Shown here: piece by piece, positions 23,833 through 35,815 of the stretch
Layout of the letters: each line of letters opens with the position of its first letter
Numbering within the stretch: the stretch's first letter is position 1
NCBI GenBank assembly: GCA_964016885.1
Contig: OZ024753.1
Location: forward strand, 41,788,001-41,852,000
From: Eledone cirrhosa
Taxonomy: Eukaryota
Length of the DNA: 64,000 bases
Direction: 5' to 3'
Translations under genes and position numbers: made by a program
Notes under the pieces: generated by a model
Told to the model about the DNA's origin: nothing
Databases searched by the model: none
Seen by the model: only the letters and a program-made list of their open reading frames with translations

Positions 23833-26800
23833 AAATAATAATAATAATAATGAAATTATTGTGTACAGTGCTCAGGTGCATGTATAGTACATAGAATAAT
23901 GTACAAATGTCAGGAAAATGAACAGTGTATGAGTCATGATATAATAATAATAATGAAATATTGTGTACAGTGCCCAGGTGCACCACAACTCATCAAAAAG
24001 TGCATGTACAGTACATAGGGCAATGCACAAACATCAGTAAAATGAACAGTGCACGAGTCATGATACACACGTGTGCATGTGTATGGAAGGGGTACATCAG
24101 GTGTAGTTTTGGCGTATTTCGGGAAGCATGAGTGTCTTAAAGGATGCAGTGTCTCGGCAGCTAACAACTGACGCAGGCAGTTTGTTCCATGCTTCAGCAA
24201 CTCTAAGCGTGAAAAAATGTCTTCGAAAGTCATGGGAGCTGTGCTTTTTTCTGATTTTGTAGGCATGTCCACGTGTGTTAGACACATGGAGATCAAAAAG
24301 GTGCTCAGGGTTGCAATTGGCGAGATGATTAATAACTTTGTGGGTATTTACCAAGTCCATTGCCAGACGTCGGAGCTTCAATGAATCCATGCCCAGGGAA
24401 GCAATGCTTTCAGAGTATGGTAGGTGTCTGATGGAGGGTATGCGCTTGGTTGCACGTCTCTGAACAGTTTCCAGGAGGTCAATGTTCTGAGCAAGATAGG
24501 GGTTCCAGACTGATGATGCAAATTCCAAGTGTGGTCGTACCATAGCTGTATACAGTTTTAAATAGATGGCTGGAGAGCGGCTAACAAAGGTCTTGCTGAG
24601 TGATGCCAAACACCCTCGGCCTTCTTGACAATCTTAGAGACATGCTTTGTCCAACGCAAATCGCTGCTGACAGTAATGCCCAGGTCACGTTCACAAGAGG
24701 ACTTCTTGATATCAGTATTGTGGAGGGAGTATGTGGACGCCGGATTTTTCCTTCCAAAATGCATGGTGGTACACTTGTCCACAGCCAGCTTCAGTTGCCA
24801 GTCTGTGATGCATTGTGTCCAGGTCTGATTGTAGGAAAGAGTTGTAAATTTCAGGATCAGTCCTTTTGATTTCAAGGTACAGCTTGATGTCATCTGCATA
24901 TTTCAGTACCGTGGCATTCTGTAAGTTGGCATCTATGTCATTAATATATGCCACAAACAAAAGGGGACCAAGAACAGATCCCTGTGGTACACTAGATGAC
25001 ATCTCATATGGTGAAGAATGCTGTCCTAGAACCGTGACTACTTCTTTTCGGCTGAGAATGAAGGATTTCAACCAGTCGAAAAGATCATCCCTCACACCCA
25101 TTGCAGAGATTTTTGCCATAAGTCTTTTGTGTGGCACAGAATTAAAAGCCTTAGCAAAGTCAAGGTAAACAACATCCACCCATGAGCCGCTGTCAGTGAT
25201 CCGGGTGATGTCTTCAAGGAACTCGATAAGCTGATCACAGCAGCTGGAGTTAGGGATAAATCCAAACTGTGAGGGCCGGATGAGGCTGTGAGAACTCCAG
25301 AAGTTCCAAAGTGTTTCTCTGACACAGGATTCCATCAGTTTGGCCATACAGCTAGTAAGACTGACTGGACAATAGTTGACAGGTGACATGCGGTTGCCCT
25401 TTTTGAACAGGGGAATGACACTGGCAGTTTTCCACTGCTCCGGAGTAGCACCATTGTTGAGACAGTATTGAAAGAAGAAAGAAAGCTGGCGCAAAAGGAA
25501 ATACCCGCCACGTTTGAGAAGCAGGTATGTCACACCATCAAGACCAGGGGAGGCATAGTTGCTCTTATTCTTAAGGTGACGTCGCAACATTGCAGGTGTA
25601 AATTCCATAGTTGTTATGGAATTTGATGTTAGAGATGTTAGAGATGGTACATTCTGGTTTTCAACAGTAAAAATACTTGCATAGCACTCAGCAATGAGTT
25701 CTGCGCATTCTTTGGAATCGTCAGTGATCTGGCTCGTGTGGGGATTACGAAGAGGACCAACTGGAGAGTGAGGTCTCTGCTTTGAATGAACATATTTCCA
25801 GAACACCTTACTGTCATGACTGGTTGCTATGCACTGTTCAAATTCAAGCACTGCCTTCTTTGTCACTTGCTTGAGGTGGTTAGAAGATTTATTCCGCTTT
25901 TTTCTGTTGGCATCTGATTTATGCAGTTTATATTCCCGTTCAGCGTTCCGACGTTCTTTCCTGGCAAGTCGGACCGCTGAAGTTTCCCAAATTGCACCTT
26001 TGGGGTCGTTATTTTTCCGCTTACGTGGCACCGATGCTGCACACGCTATCCATATTGAGTCCAGGATGCTCTGGAGTATAGTGTTCACATCTCATGCCAG
26101 TTTGGGCGCTGTAGCTCAGTGCAGTACAAGTTCCAATCCGCCCTCTTCCAATCAAAGCAAGCAGATTGGAGATGGCTCTGGTTTTTGTTGCTGCCCTCAA
26201 GTGCCAGATTGGCAATGATCATAGCATGATCAGAGTCGCCTAGAGGTTCCTCAGTAGTACAACTGATAACCACTTCAGGAGTAGTGGTGAAGATCAGGTC
26301 CAAAGTGTTGTCACCCCTTGTTGGAGAGGTGACTACTTGTGACCAGTTTGAGTCCAGCACTAGTTCAAGGAAATCGTTTGCACCTTGTGACCAACGAAAG
26401 GTTTCCCAATCGATCTCAGGATGATTGAAGTCACCTGCAATAAACACATAAGTGGCTGTTTTCTTGGCAGCAACTCTGAGGATATCGCAAAGCTGTGTGT
26501 CCTGATGGTAGTTTGGGGGGCGATAAACAACACCAAGCAGAAGTGTTGACATGGTCATACGTATGTCACAAAAAAAAACTTCTTCCTGTGATTCGTTCAA
26601 ATCAACGCAAGGAATTACCGAAAAGTTTGAACGAACGTAGACCATCACACCACCACGGCGATTAATGCGGTCCTTGCGGAAAAGGTTGTACCCAGTAATG
26701 CTGAAAACCCCATCACAGAGTAAGGAATGTGCCCATGTTTCCGTGACTGTGATGAAGTCAGGGTCGATGCTTCTGACGTAGGATTCAAACAGATGTATCT

Positions 26801-27410
26801 TGTTGCATAAACTGCGAGCATTTAAGGACAACAATTTGTACCCTGCTCGCAGTTTATGATGGTGTGTAGAGGGTGGCAGGTTGTTCTGGTTTAGTTTCCC
26901 AGAGTTGTAGCAGTTTTTACATTGCCAGTTATTGTGGGTAGATCACACTCAGACCAGCTGTTATCTCTCTTCCACGTTTCACCAGCCTTGACAAACCTCC
27001 AGATCTGCCCATCATCACGCAGACTAAAACTTTCATGTTGTGCTGAGTTCCGATTCAAGGAAGCTGCAGCACGGAGCTTTGGACGTAATGGGGTGGTAGG
27101 CCTGGGCGTGTTCGGAAGGTAATCCGATTTTCACGCCCAGCTTTAACAGAGGCCAGATGGTATGAGGCTGTCTCAGCGGGGTCCGAAAAAGACAGCCTGG
27201 TGAGTCTGGGTTTTGGACCAGGTCGACCAAGGCGGAGAGCACCCTTTGGGGGAACACAGCCTAGGTCTTTGGCTGAGCTGGCAGCAAATGCCTGAAGATC
27301 AGCCTTGTCCTCTGGTACCCCAATGGCAATCACTTCATGGGTAGCAGATTCCGCAGTCTTTTCAGTGTGGCCAGATACGGCAAGAGGTACAGGGAGATTC
27401 TTTAGCAAGG
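23833..27410 (-). mobile_element. Near-complete CR1-like LINE (ORF1 remnant, APE endonuclease, RT, C-terminus, 3' UTR, (TTA)n tail), frameshifted
   Basis: ORF 26085-26834 is an APE domain (LNARSL, TETW, GDFN, LDLI, SDH). ORF 24712-26088 is RT (YLDFAKAF, PQGSVLGPLLF, KYADD). 24097-24899 is the CR1 C-terminus (ERDLG, VRPHLEFAS, VQRRATK, RRHFFTLRV..WN.LP). 27055-27408 is ORF1-like (RLGRPGPKPR). Confidence 0.93.
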
Positions 27411-29177
27411 CATTCCGATAAGACCCTTCATTGTGGGGTCCTACCCGAATGCTTGCCTTTATTCCTGTTACTTCCCTATTAAGGACATATTTTTCGTAGG
27501 ATCCTATACAGTCAGCTAAACCAGGGTCAGTACAAGCTTAGAAGGCGAAAGAATCATATACTCCTCATAATATCTATGACCAAAGAAGCAGTTTTATAGC
27601 GTATACGTCCCTTGGCCAACTAAACGCTGGTCAGAGGACGAAAGAAGCACATCAATAATGTAGTTGGACTGTCGTCTATACGGAGGTAAGTGATTGTCCA
27701 TTGAAAAAAAATATATATAAACGAAATGAATGGAGGTAATTCGTTCGGAATAGATTTTCATAAGAAAATTGTTAGTGCGCTGGTCTCAATACCTGCAATG
27801 CGCTAATAATTTTCTCTTAATCCAAATAACTCTCCTTCGTTTCGTTTGACACTTTCAAAAACACATTTCATATAATTTTTTTTGTTTTACTTTTCACAAA
27901 ACACACTTTCCATATAGTTTTTTTTTTTTACACTTCATTTAGATTCTTAGTTTCTTTTTAGACACTTCATCTACATTCTTAATTTCTTTTTGAAGACACT
28001 TCATCTACATTCTTAGTTTCTCTTTTTAAGACACTTAATCTATATTCTTATAAACACTTTAAAAGAGTTACTTCCTTGATGGTTTTTAACTTCTCCATTT
28101 TTGTGACATCAGTTGCCCAGCCAATTTCTAGCACCACATATGTGTAAGTGATGTCGTTAAAGTATAAAACGAAGCAAATTTCGTTTACATATGAAAAATA
28201 TTTGTTGCGTATCGACCTGTTACGTGCGTTTCACAGAGGATTGGCTCAATGTGACCCATAGGAGTCATGGATCCGACTCCAGTATCGATCGGCTCGTCAG
28301 ATTGGTAATGTAAATTAACACTGATACGCAATCAGGATCAGGCACATTAAATTTCTCTAGCCTACACTCACAAAATAGTGACAACAACACTCAGCAATCT
28401 ACAAGTGAGCACACACGCAACAAATGAATCAATACCACAACACAACCAACCATTCGACTGCTATATATTCAAAATGAATTTCTTTGAAAGTACCGGAAAG
28501 CAAATAGAAAAGAGTTCCATACAGGGGAAGTAACTCTAAATAAAGAGAGATAACTCTAAACAAATTTAGAGCAAAAGGGGTTAAGATGGATTCATCGCCC
28601 GGTCCAGGACGCTGGTCAGCATGTAGCCAGCCTGCAAATAATCTCGGCGGCCAACTAGGCTTTATGCCCTCGCAACGATTCGATCTTCTGACACACGGAA
28701 TGGTCACGCCATACATAAGTATGCGACGAAGTCCGAACCGCTGCGTGGTTCGCCACACGAAGCCGCAATTCTAATAAGTAAATTGTTGTTTAGTTTTTAT
28801 AGTAACATCTATATATACACAGAGTTAACACCTATAATAAATTGAAGTGAAATTCAACAGGTGCGTGCGTTTTTATAGGCAACATGATCCTGTTTCATTC
28901 GAAAGAAACCCTTGAATACGTATATTGGGTCGTCAAGTATGAAATTTGTAGAATTTTGTAGAAAGAATAACAAATTTCTACAAATTTTATACTTGACGAC
29001 CGTAACGAACCCAAGAATTGAATACGTATATTGGGTCGTCAAGTATGAAATTTGTAGAATTTTGTAGAAAGAATTAGAAATTTCTACAAATTTTATACTT
29101 GACGACCGTAACAATGAGCCTCGTTCTGAGATGGAGCCTCGGTCTGAAATTCAAGATTGGCGGTATCCTTAACACTA

Positions 29178-29825
29178 ACTAGGGCGCACACAAATTTATG
29201 GGCGCATATTTAGGATTGGCGCCGCCATTTAGGTCAACTAGGGCGCACACAAATTTTATGGGCGCATTTTTAGGATCGGCGGCGCTATTTAAGCCAACTA
29301 GGGCGCACAGAATTTTATGGGCGCATTTTAAGGATTGGCGCTGCCTTTTAAGTTAACTAGGGCGCACATAAATTTTATGGGCGCATTTTTAGGATCGGCG
29401 CCGCTATTTAAGCCAACTGGGGCGCACATAATTTTTATGGGCGCATTTTAAGGATTGGTGCTGCTATTTAAGCCTACTAGGGCGCACAAAAATTTATGGG
29501 CGCATTTTTAGGATCGGCGCCGCTATTTAAGCCAACTAGGGCGCACAAAAATTTATGGGTGCATTTTAAGGATTGGCGCTGCTATTTAAGCCAACTAGGG
29601 CGCACAAAAATTTATGGGCGCATTTTTAGGATTGGCGCCGCTATTTAAGCCAACTAGGGCGCACACAAATTTATGGGCGCATTTTTAGGATTGGCGCCGC
29701 TATTTAAGCCAACTAGGGCGCACACAAATTTATGGGCGCATTTTTAGGATTGGCGCCGCTATTTAAGCTAACTAGGGCACACAAATTTATGGGCGCATTT
29801 TTAGGATTGGCACCGTTATTGAAGC
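29178..29825. repeat. About 59-bp GC-richer minisatellite, about 11 copies
   Basis: AACTAGGGCGCACACAAATTTATGGGCGCATTTTTAGGATTGGCGCCGCTATTTAAGCC units. Confidence 0.95.
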
Positions 29826-29954
29826 ACACCGTAACAGACATCCTTCTCTTTTTTGTTTCGTTTTGACTTGCGTCAGTTACTCGAGAAATATGTTTGCGAT
29901 AAAAAAAAAAAATATATATATATATATAGTGAAAGGGAAAGTGGAGAAGGAGGG

Positions 29955-30480
29955 TCATTGAATTCTCTTCACCAGTCTCGGTGGTATATCTTGCTGGGCC
30001 CCGCAGACTAAACCATAAAAGCTTTGAGAACAGCCAATGACACCCGCAGCATCAGCCACTCCCATCTCACGAAGCTCTTTCCTAAGGTGGTATGCACTCT
30101 TCCCAATTTTGCAAATGAAAACGGCAGTCTGGGGACCGAGGACACCGTAGATCGCGACGGTGACAGACATAAAAAGGAACCCGTGCGGCAGTGATCAAAT
30201 AAGACCCAGTGTTAGTTATGAGGTTCGAAACATTTGAAAAATTCATCGTAAAAAATTTGTTTAGCAGGAACATGTGCCCCCCTCCTGGCCAACGGAGCCC
30301 TGTGCTTAAGCACACCTAAGCACAGTGGTAAATTCGGTACTGGCGGCCGGTCAAGTCCCGGACGATATCTCTCGCTCCGCTGCATCCTAGGTTTGTGGGC
30401 GAAGCAACATGGTTGAAGGTGGAGAATATGTCGCATCATGTAGCATCCCAGATTAGAGGTTTACTAGAAGGCATGCTGAG
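29955..30480 (-). mobile_element. CRE-clade (RLE) non-LTR retrotransposon C-terminal remnant
   Basis: Across stops and frameshifts: SKPLIWDAT*CDIFS ... FMSVTVAIYGVLGPQTAVFICKIG ... EWLMLRVSLAV, resembling the CRE LxWDATC / PxAVETxG / QRISLAV motifs. Confidence 0.7.
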
Positions 30481-31755
30481 AACATTTCCGATTTTATATT
30501 TAGACTGCTATAAACACAAAGGATTTTTTTGTTTACAGTAAACAAACGGAACTATATACAATAATGAAAGTATTAAAAATAAATTAAAATGGATTGTGTA
30601 GAAGTCTGTTGGATGGATTACACCTGTAATACAAAGGCTCCAATATAAAACCTGTTATATTTCCCAGTTTATGTTTATCTCGCTACAAACACAATCGATT
30701 TTTCCCCATTAAGCGAAAGAATTAACGAACGAAACTATACAAGGTGTAAAAATAAAATCATTAGACATACTCAGATGAGTTTGAGACAAGTTTGACTACT
30801 GTATGTCCGGAGGTGAGCATGTTAAACATTTATTAAAACATTGTAAATAAAATGTTATGTATTGTACAAGTTACCGTGTGATTATGTTTATTTGTTTAAA
30901 TGAAATCGGAGGATTATTTTTGATGCACCTTGTAATTGCGTCAATCAGTCTCACACTACAGGTGTCATCAGAAATAATAAATAATCTATATTATAAAAGA
31001 TCTATCAACTATAAACAAAATCTTTGAGTACATGGGGCCTACGAAAAGATTCGACAAGATTCTAGCTGCTTTACAGCTTCCTTCGCTTTCTATTTTTTTT
31101 TAATAAACATTTTAATGCTTAATTAATTACGGGGTCGATAAAATAAAGAACCAGTAATGCACTGAGGATAACTGCTGGTCTTGTGCCAAAAGTAGAATAT
31201 TCACTTATCTCTATCTTTTTTGTTTCTCACCTGTAAGAGATACAGTCTGTCATGGATACATCATTTGTTTGTTTGCTGAAACTTTTTTGCACCCATTTTT
31301 GCGATTAAGTAAAGACGGAGTTATCGTTCTTGAGATTTCGGCTTGGAGAAATTTAAGGAACTGATGTCGCTAAATCGTCAAAGAATTTACTTGCCCCGTT
31401 GCATCATGGGAGGGGTAATGGCTGAACTTTATTTTTTTAATGACGGCAAATTTTTTAATTTCTTTCTCAGCGTCTTGTTCCTTGTTTATTATAAGTAAAT
31501 ATATAAAACAATTAATTTACTCCCCACCTCTCTTTAATCTCAACATCAAATGACCGTGGGGACGAGAGGGAAAGGGTTACATGCAATCAATAAACCGGTG
31601 TCACAATTTTACACTATTATTCTCAAAACAATGTCAGATATAATTATTTTGAAGTTTTATTTATCTTCTATCGCTGCACTTTCCATATTTATAATTAAAT
31701 AAATAGATTAAGGTTTTAATATTTTAAATATATAAAACTTTCAGTAAGTTCTCTG

Positions 31756-31832
31756 GTAGCTTCGTTGGTAGGAGTAATGGGTATTCATTCTTTCGTAACG
31801 AGGTGAGAGGTTCAATATCGAGCTGGAGCTAC
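31756..31832 (+). pseudogene. tRNA-like remnant (tRNA pseudogene or SINE head)
   Basis: Terminal stem GTAGCTTC/GGAGCTAC, A-box-like and GGTTCAA B-box-like motifs; no clean cloverleaf. Confidence 0.35.
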
Positions 31833-31908
31833 GGCAATAGAACAGGTGAATATTTAAATCGTTTTTTAATTTATTTAAAAGATTGTTTGATGATTACTTG
31901 TTCCGCTC

Positions 31909-31945
<37 letters not shown>

Positions 31946-31977
31946 GTGGCGGGGTGTATACTTTTTTTTATTACTGG

Positions 31978-32665
31978 CATCATCATCATCATCGTTTAAC
32001 GTCCATATTCCATGCTAGCATGGGTTAGACGGGAGTTGTCCCACTTGAGGCAAGGTTGGTTGGGTGACGGTGTCTCGCTCATATAGGACTATCTGACAGG
32101 TTTTCTACGGCTGGATGCCCTTCCTAACACCAGCCACATTTACAGTGTGGACTGGGAGCTTTTTACCGTGTTACCTACACAAACACATCACAGCGTGGAC
32201 TGTGTGTTTTTTTGTGACACCTACACGATCTCGATATCTCATTAATTTGGACTGGATGTTGTGGTACCAACTTTACAGAGAGAGGGTGGTGTTGGTGGGA
32301 ATGGGAGGATGAAGTAGGGGTAGTAGGGTGTATATTTGGTTAAGAGGTGACTACTGACTGTAGGTTTCGCTTTGTACATAGGCACGGCGGGTCTTCTGTA
32401 TTACTGCGTGGCGCCAAAGATCTCGGTCCAGTGACATTGTCTTAGAGAGATGCAAGTGTGTAAGGTCGGAATTTATCAAATCGCCCCAGCTTTTTCTGGG
32501 TCTACCTACTCCGTAACTTCCATCAATTTTGATCGCTCTGCAGTTTTTATACAGCTGTCCTCTTTCATGCGCATCAGGTTTCCATACCAACGTAGTCTTC
32601 TCTCAAGTAAACAGCATCTGATCCCACTTATTCCTAATTTCTCACTTAGTTCATTGCAGTATACA
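31978..32665 (-). mobile_element. RTE-like LINE 3' fragment
   Basis: RRLRWYGNLMR and GRPRKSW; 3' UTR and (GAT)n tail. Confidence 0.88.
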
Positions 32666-32982
32666 GTAATACAGAATATTATAATTGAATTTTTGAACAA
32701 TTGTGTATACTGTTATTTTGAAAAGTTTTAACCAAACCGAAAATAAATTTCTATAAATCTATAACTATGTTTTCTTATTAAAATCACGGCAATGCAGTCA
32801 ATACCACATCTTCATACAGGTACATCATTTGTTTATTTGCTCTTTACAAAGGAGATTTCTTTCATGGTTTTGATTTCTTCTACTTTTAATATTTTACATC
32901 CTGCTATTATTCGTTTTCCCTTGTTCTTGCCATTACTGTTTTTATAATGCCCCTATAATTTTTTTAAAATAACAGTATGTTA

Positions 32983-33965
32983 TCATCATCATCATCATCA
33001 TCAACGTTTAACGTCCGTGTTCCACGCTTGCATGGGTTTGGACGGGGGTAGTCCCACTTGAGGCAAGAGTGATTGTCTTGCTCGCATAGGACTGTCTGGC
33101 AGGTTTTCTACAGTTGGATGCCCTTCCTAACACCAACCACATTTACAGTGTGGGTCTGGGAGGTTTTTACCGTGTTGCCTACAAGGCCACATTACAGCGT
33201 GGACTGTGTTTTTTTGTCGTGACACCTACACGATCTCATTTGTTTCGGCCTCGATGGCGCGGCACCAACATAACTTTACATAGAACGGGGTGGTGTGGAT
33301 GGGGTGGGGGTGGTGGCGGGACGGGGGTGTATTTTGTTAGAGATGCCTACTGGCTGGAGTAGGTTTTACTATATATTTAGGTAAGGCGGGTCTTCTCTGT
33401 TACTGAGTACCGCCAAAGGTCTCGGTCCAGTGACATTGTCTTGGAGAGGTGTAAGTGTGTGATGTCGGAGTTTATCAGCTCGTCCCAGGTTTTTCTAGGT
33501 CTGCCTATTCCGTGACTACCGTCTATCTTTATTGCCCTGCACTTTGTTATACAGCTATCGACTTTCATGCGCATCACGTGTCCATACCAACGTAGCCTTC
33601 TCTCGAGTAAACAACATCTGATCCCTCTTATCTCTAATTTTTTCCTTAGTTCGTTTATGCTTTGCCGTTCACGTATATTACTGTTACACATCCAGCGGAG
33701 CATGCAAGCTTCGTTCCTCTCTAGTCTGCGTATATCCTCTGCACACAATGCCCAGGTCTCACTGCCATGCAGCATTGCTGTTCGTATGCAGGCATCGTAC
33801 AACCTGCCTTTCATTTTTAGGGAGAACCCTTTAGCAGCTAATAGTGGTATAAGCTCTCTGAACTTTTTCCAACCAGTTCTGACTCTAGCTACAGTACTTT
33901 CGGAGCACCCTCCCCCACTGCTGATTTTATCGCCCAGGTAATGGAAGCTGTCCACTATTTCTATA
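32983..33965 (-). mobile_element. RTE-like LINE 3' fragment
   Basis: ORF 33377-33955 (FHYLGD...HGSETW...RLRWYGHVMR...GRPRKTW); (GAT)n tail at about 32983-33002. Confidence 0.92.
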
Positions 33966-34093
33966 GTTATACATGTACGAATTTAAAATTTATTTTAATA
34001 GTTTACTTGTACTGCACACTTCACACATTAACAAATAGTTCGAAAGTGTATTACATAGAATCCACTATATTAAGTAAGAGCAATCATTTGAGT

Positions 34094-34760
34094 TCACTGG
34101 ATGATTGCAAATCTATCAATAATTGCTTCTGCATCCAATTCATCTAACAATTCCTTTTCAATGGATAGCAACATGTATGATTCCAAGTTCTCCTCAGATA
34201 GTGGTGAATTACTTAACCTTGTCTTTATGATCTTTAGCTTTGAAAATGTCCTCTCACATTGGACTTGGGTAACTGATAGTGTGCGGATAACTTTATAAAG
34301 TTCATAAAGATTATCATATTCCTTGTCATGAAGTCTGTTGGATGCCAGACTTCTTAGAACACACAATGGGCAAGTGGTACAAAATTTACAGTTGTTGCAA
34401 CTGGAACCCATATTCTCACCATCATTAAGCAATAAATTTAATACATCAAAGTTTGAAGCAAAAGAACACAATTATAATTTTACTTGATCTTTTCTGATTT
34501 GCGGAAACAATAATACCAACTTTGTTGGGTCCAAGCAGGATAAATCTTTATACTACTGTTTGTGTTGTACAAAGTGTGATTCTAGTGACTGGATAATGCA
34601 ATCCATTATTAAGTTAAACACATTTACTTGAAAATCAGCTAGAAAATCTGAGTAATTTCCTTCATCATTAACAAGCTCATCTGTCATTCTTTTTATCTTC
34701 CTGTCTTTTAACTGGCAATGATGTTTCCAAAGTATCAATTTCCAATATTCGATTTTCATC
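34094..34760 (-). mobile_element. hAT-superfamily transposase remnant (C-terminal dimerisation domain)
   Basis: LSVTQVQCERTFSKLKIIKTRL...LESYMLLSIEKE..IIDRFA is a typical hAT/ZMYM1-like C-terminus; degraded. Confidence 0.85.
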
Positions 34761-35424
34761 CATATTCATCTGTAAAATCTTGTCATTACATCTATTTACT
34801 AAAGCCAAGCTCTGGCTAACACACCTGTAATCATTAAAGCCACGTACAAAGGGTGATAGATTACAGGTGTTGGGAGACTCTAAGGCTTAGCAATATGAAC
34901 AATATAAGCATCTATTTTCTTTGTTATATGTAAGCCATTTTCTTGTGACTGAGTCATTCATAATTTTCCTCTCATATAAACGGGCATCAAATGCTAGGCC
35001 ATCAAGTGATATAGATGATCAGCAAAAAACTGTTTCAGATTTAATCATGATAGAGTTTGGAAGATTCCAGTAGCTGATCTTTCATTTTCTTGTAAAGGTT
35101 CATTTACAAAATGTGCTTCAGAAACCAAGCCATTTATTAGGCTAATTTTTTTCATTGTCAAAGTAATAACACAACTCGTATACAATATGTAGAATTTTTA
35201 ATATATTTTTTGTCAAAATATACTGAACACAACTCGTAAATAATGTGTAAAGATTTTTTTTATTAACAAAATCTTTTTTCATACATTTCGTAAATAATAT
35301 GTAAACATTTTTTTTATTAACAGACACTTCATCACTGTTCAGGAAACTTCGACTTGTAAAAATATTCCCTCAGTGGTTACGGCAAACAACACAGCATATA
35401 GTACCTAGTTAAAAGGTAAATCCT

Positions 35425-35815
35425 TCTACTTGGCATTTGTTGGGGAATGGCCTTTCTCTGTGTGCAGGACAGGATAGGTAGAAATATCTTCCTATGTTCC
35501 AAATGCAAACTATGGGTGCACAAGAGATTTAGTGTGATCTCAGGTGCATTAAGTAGCAAGCCCTCGTAGGATACTAACTCCTTAAAATGCCCAGAGGGCT
35601 CTGTAGAAATAGTCAACTGTTTCCATTACCTGGATGACCAAATCAGTGGAGGAGAGTGTTTCAAAAGTACAGTAGCCAGAATGAGAACGGGATGAAAAAA
35701 GTGCAGGGAACTACTACCACTGCTAGCTACAAAAGGTTTTCCCTCAGAATGAAGGGCATATTGTATGATGCGTGTAAACAAGCAGCAATGCTGCATGTTA
35801 GTGAGACCATATGTA
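35425..35815 (+). mobile_element. Decayed RTE-like fragment
   Basis: Homologous to 53340-53770 (PHD and FHYLDD regions). Confidence 0.78.

Noticed and set aside
24600-26218. + strand ORFs overlapping the LINE (also 33567-33941, 53586-54032)
   Set aside because: Antisense shadows of retrotransposon coding sequence.
28735-28757. TGGCGAACCACG on the - strand as a tRNA primer-binding site
   Set aside because: Only partial resemblance, not directly adjacent to an LTR end, and no gag/pol follows.
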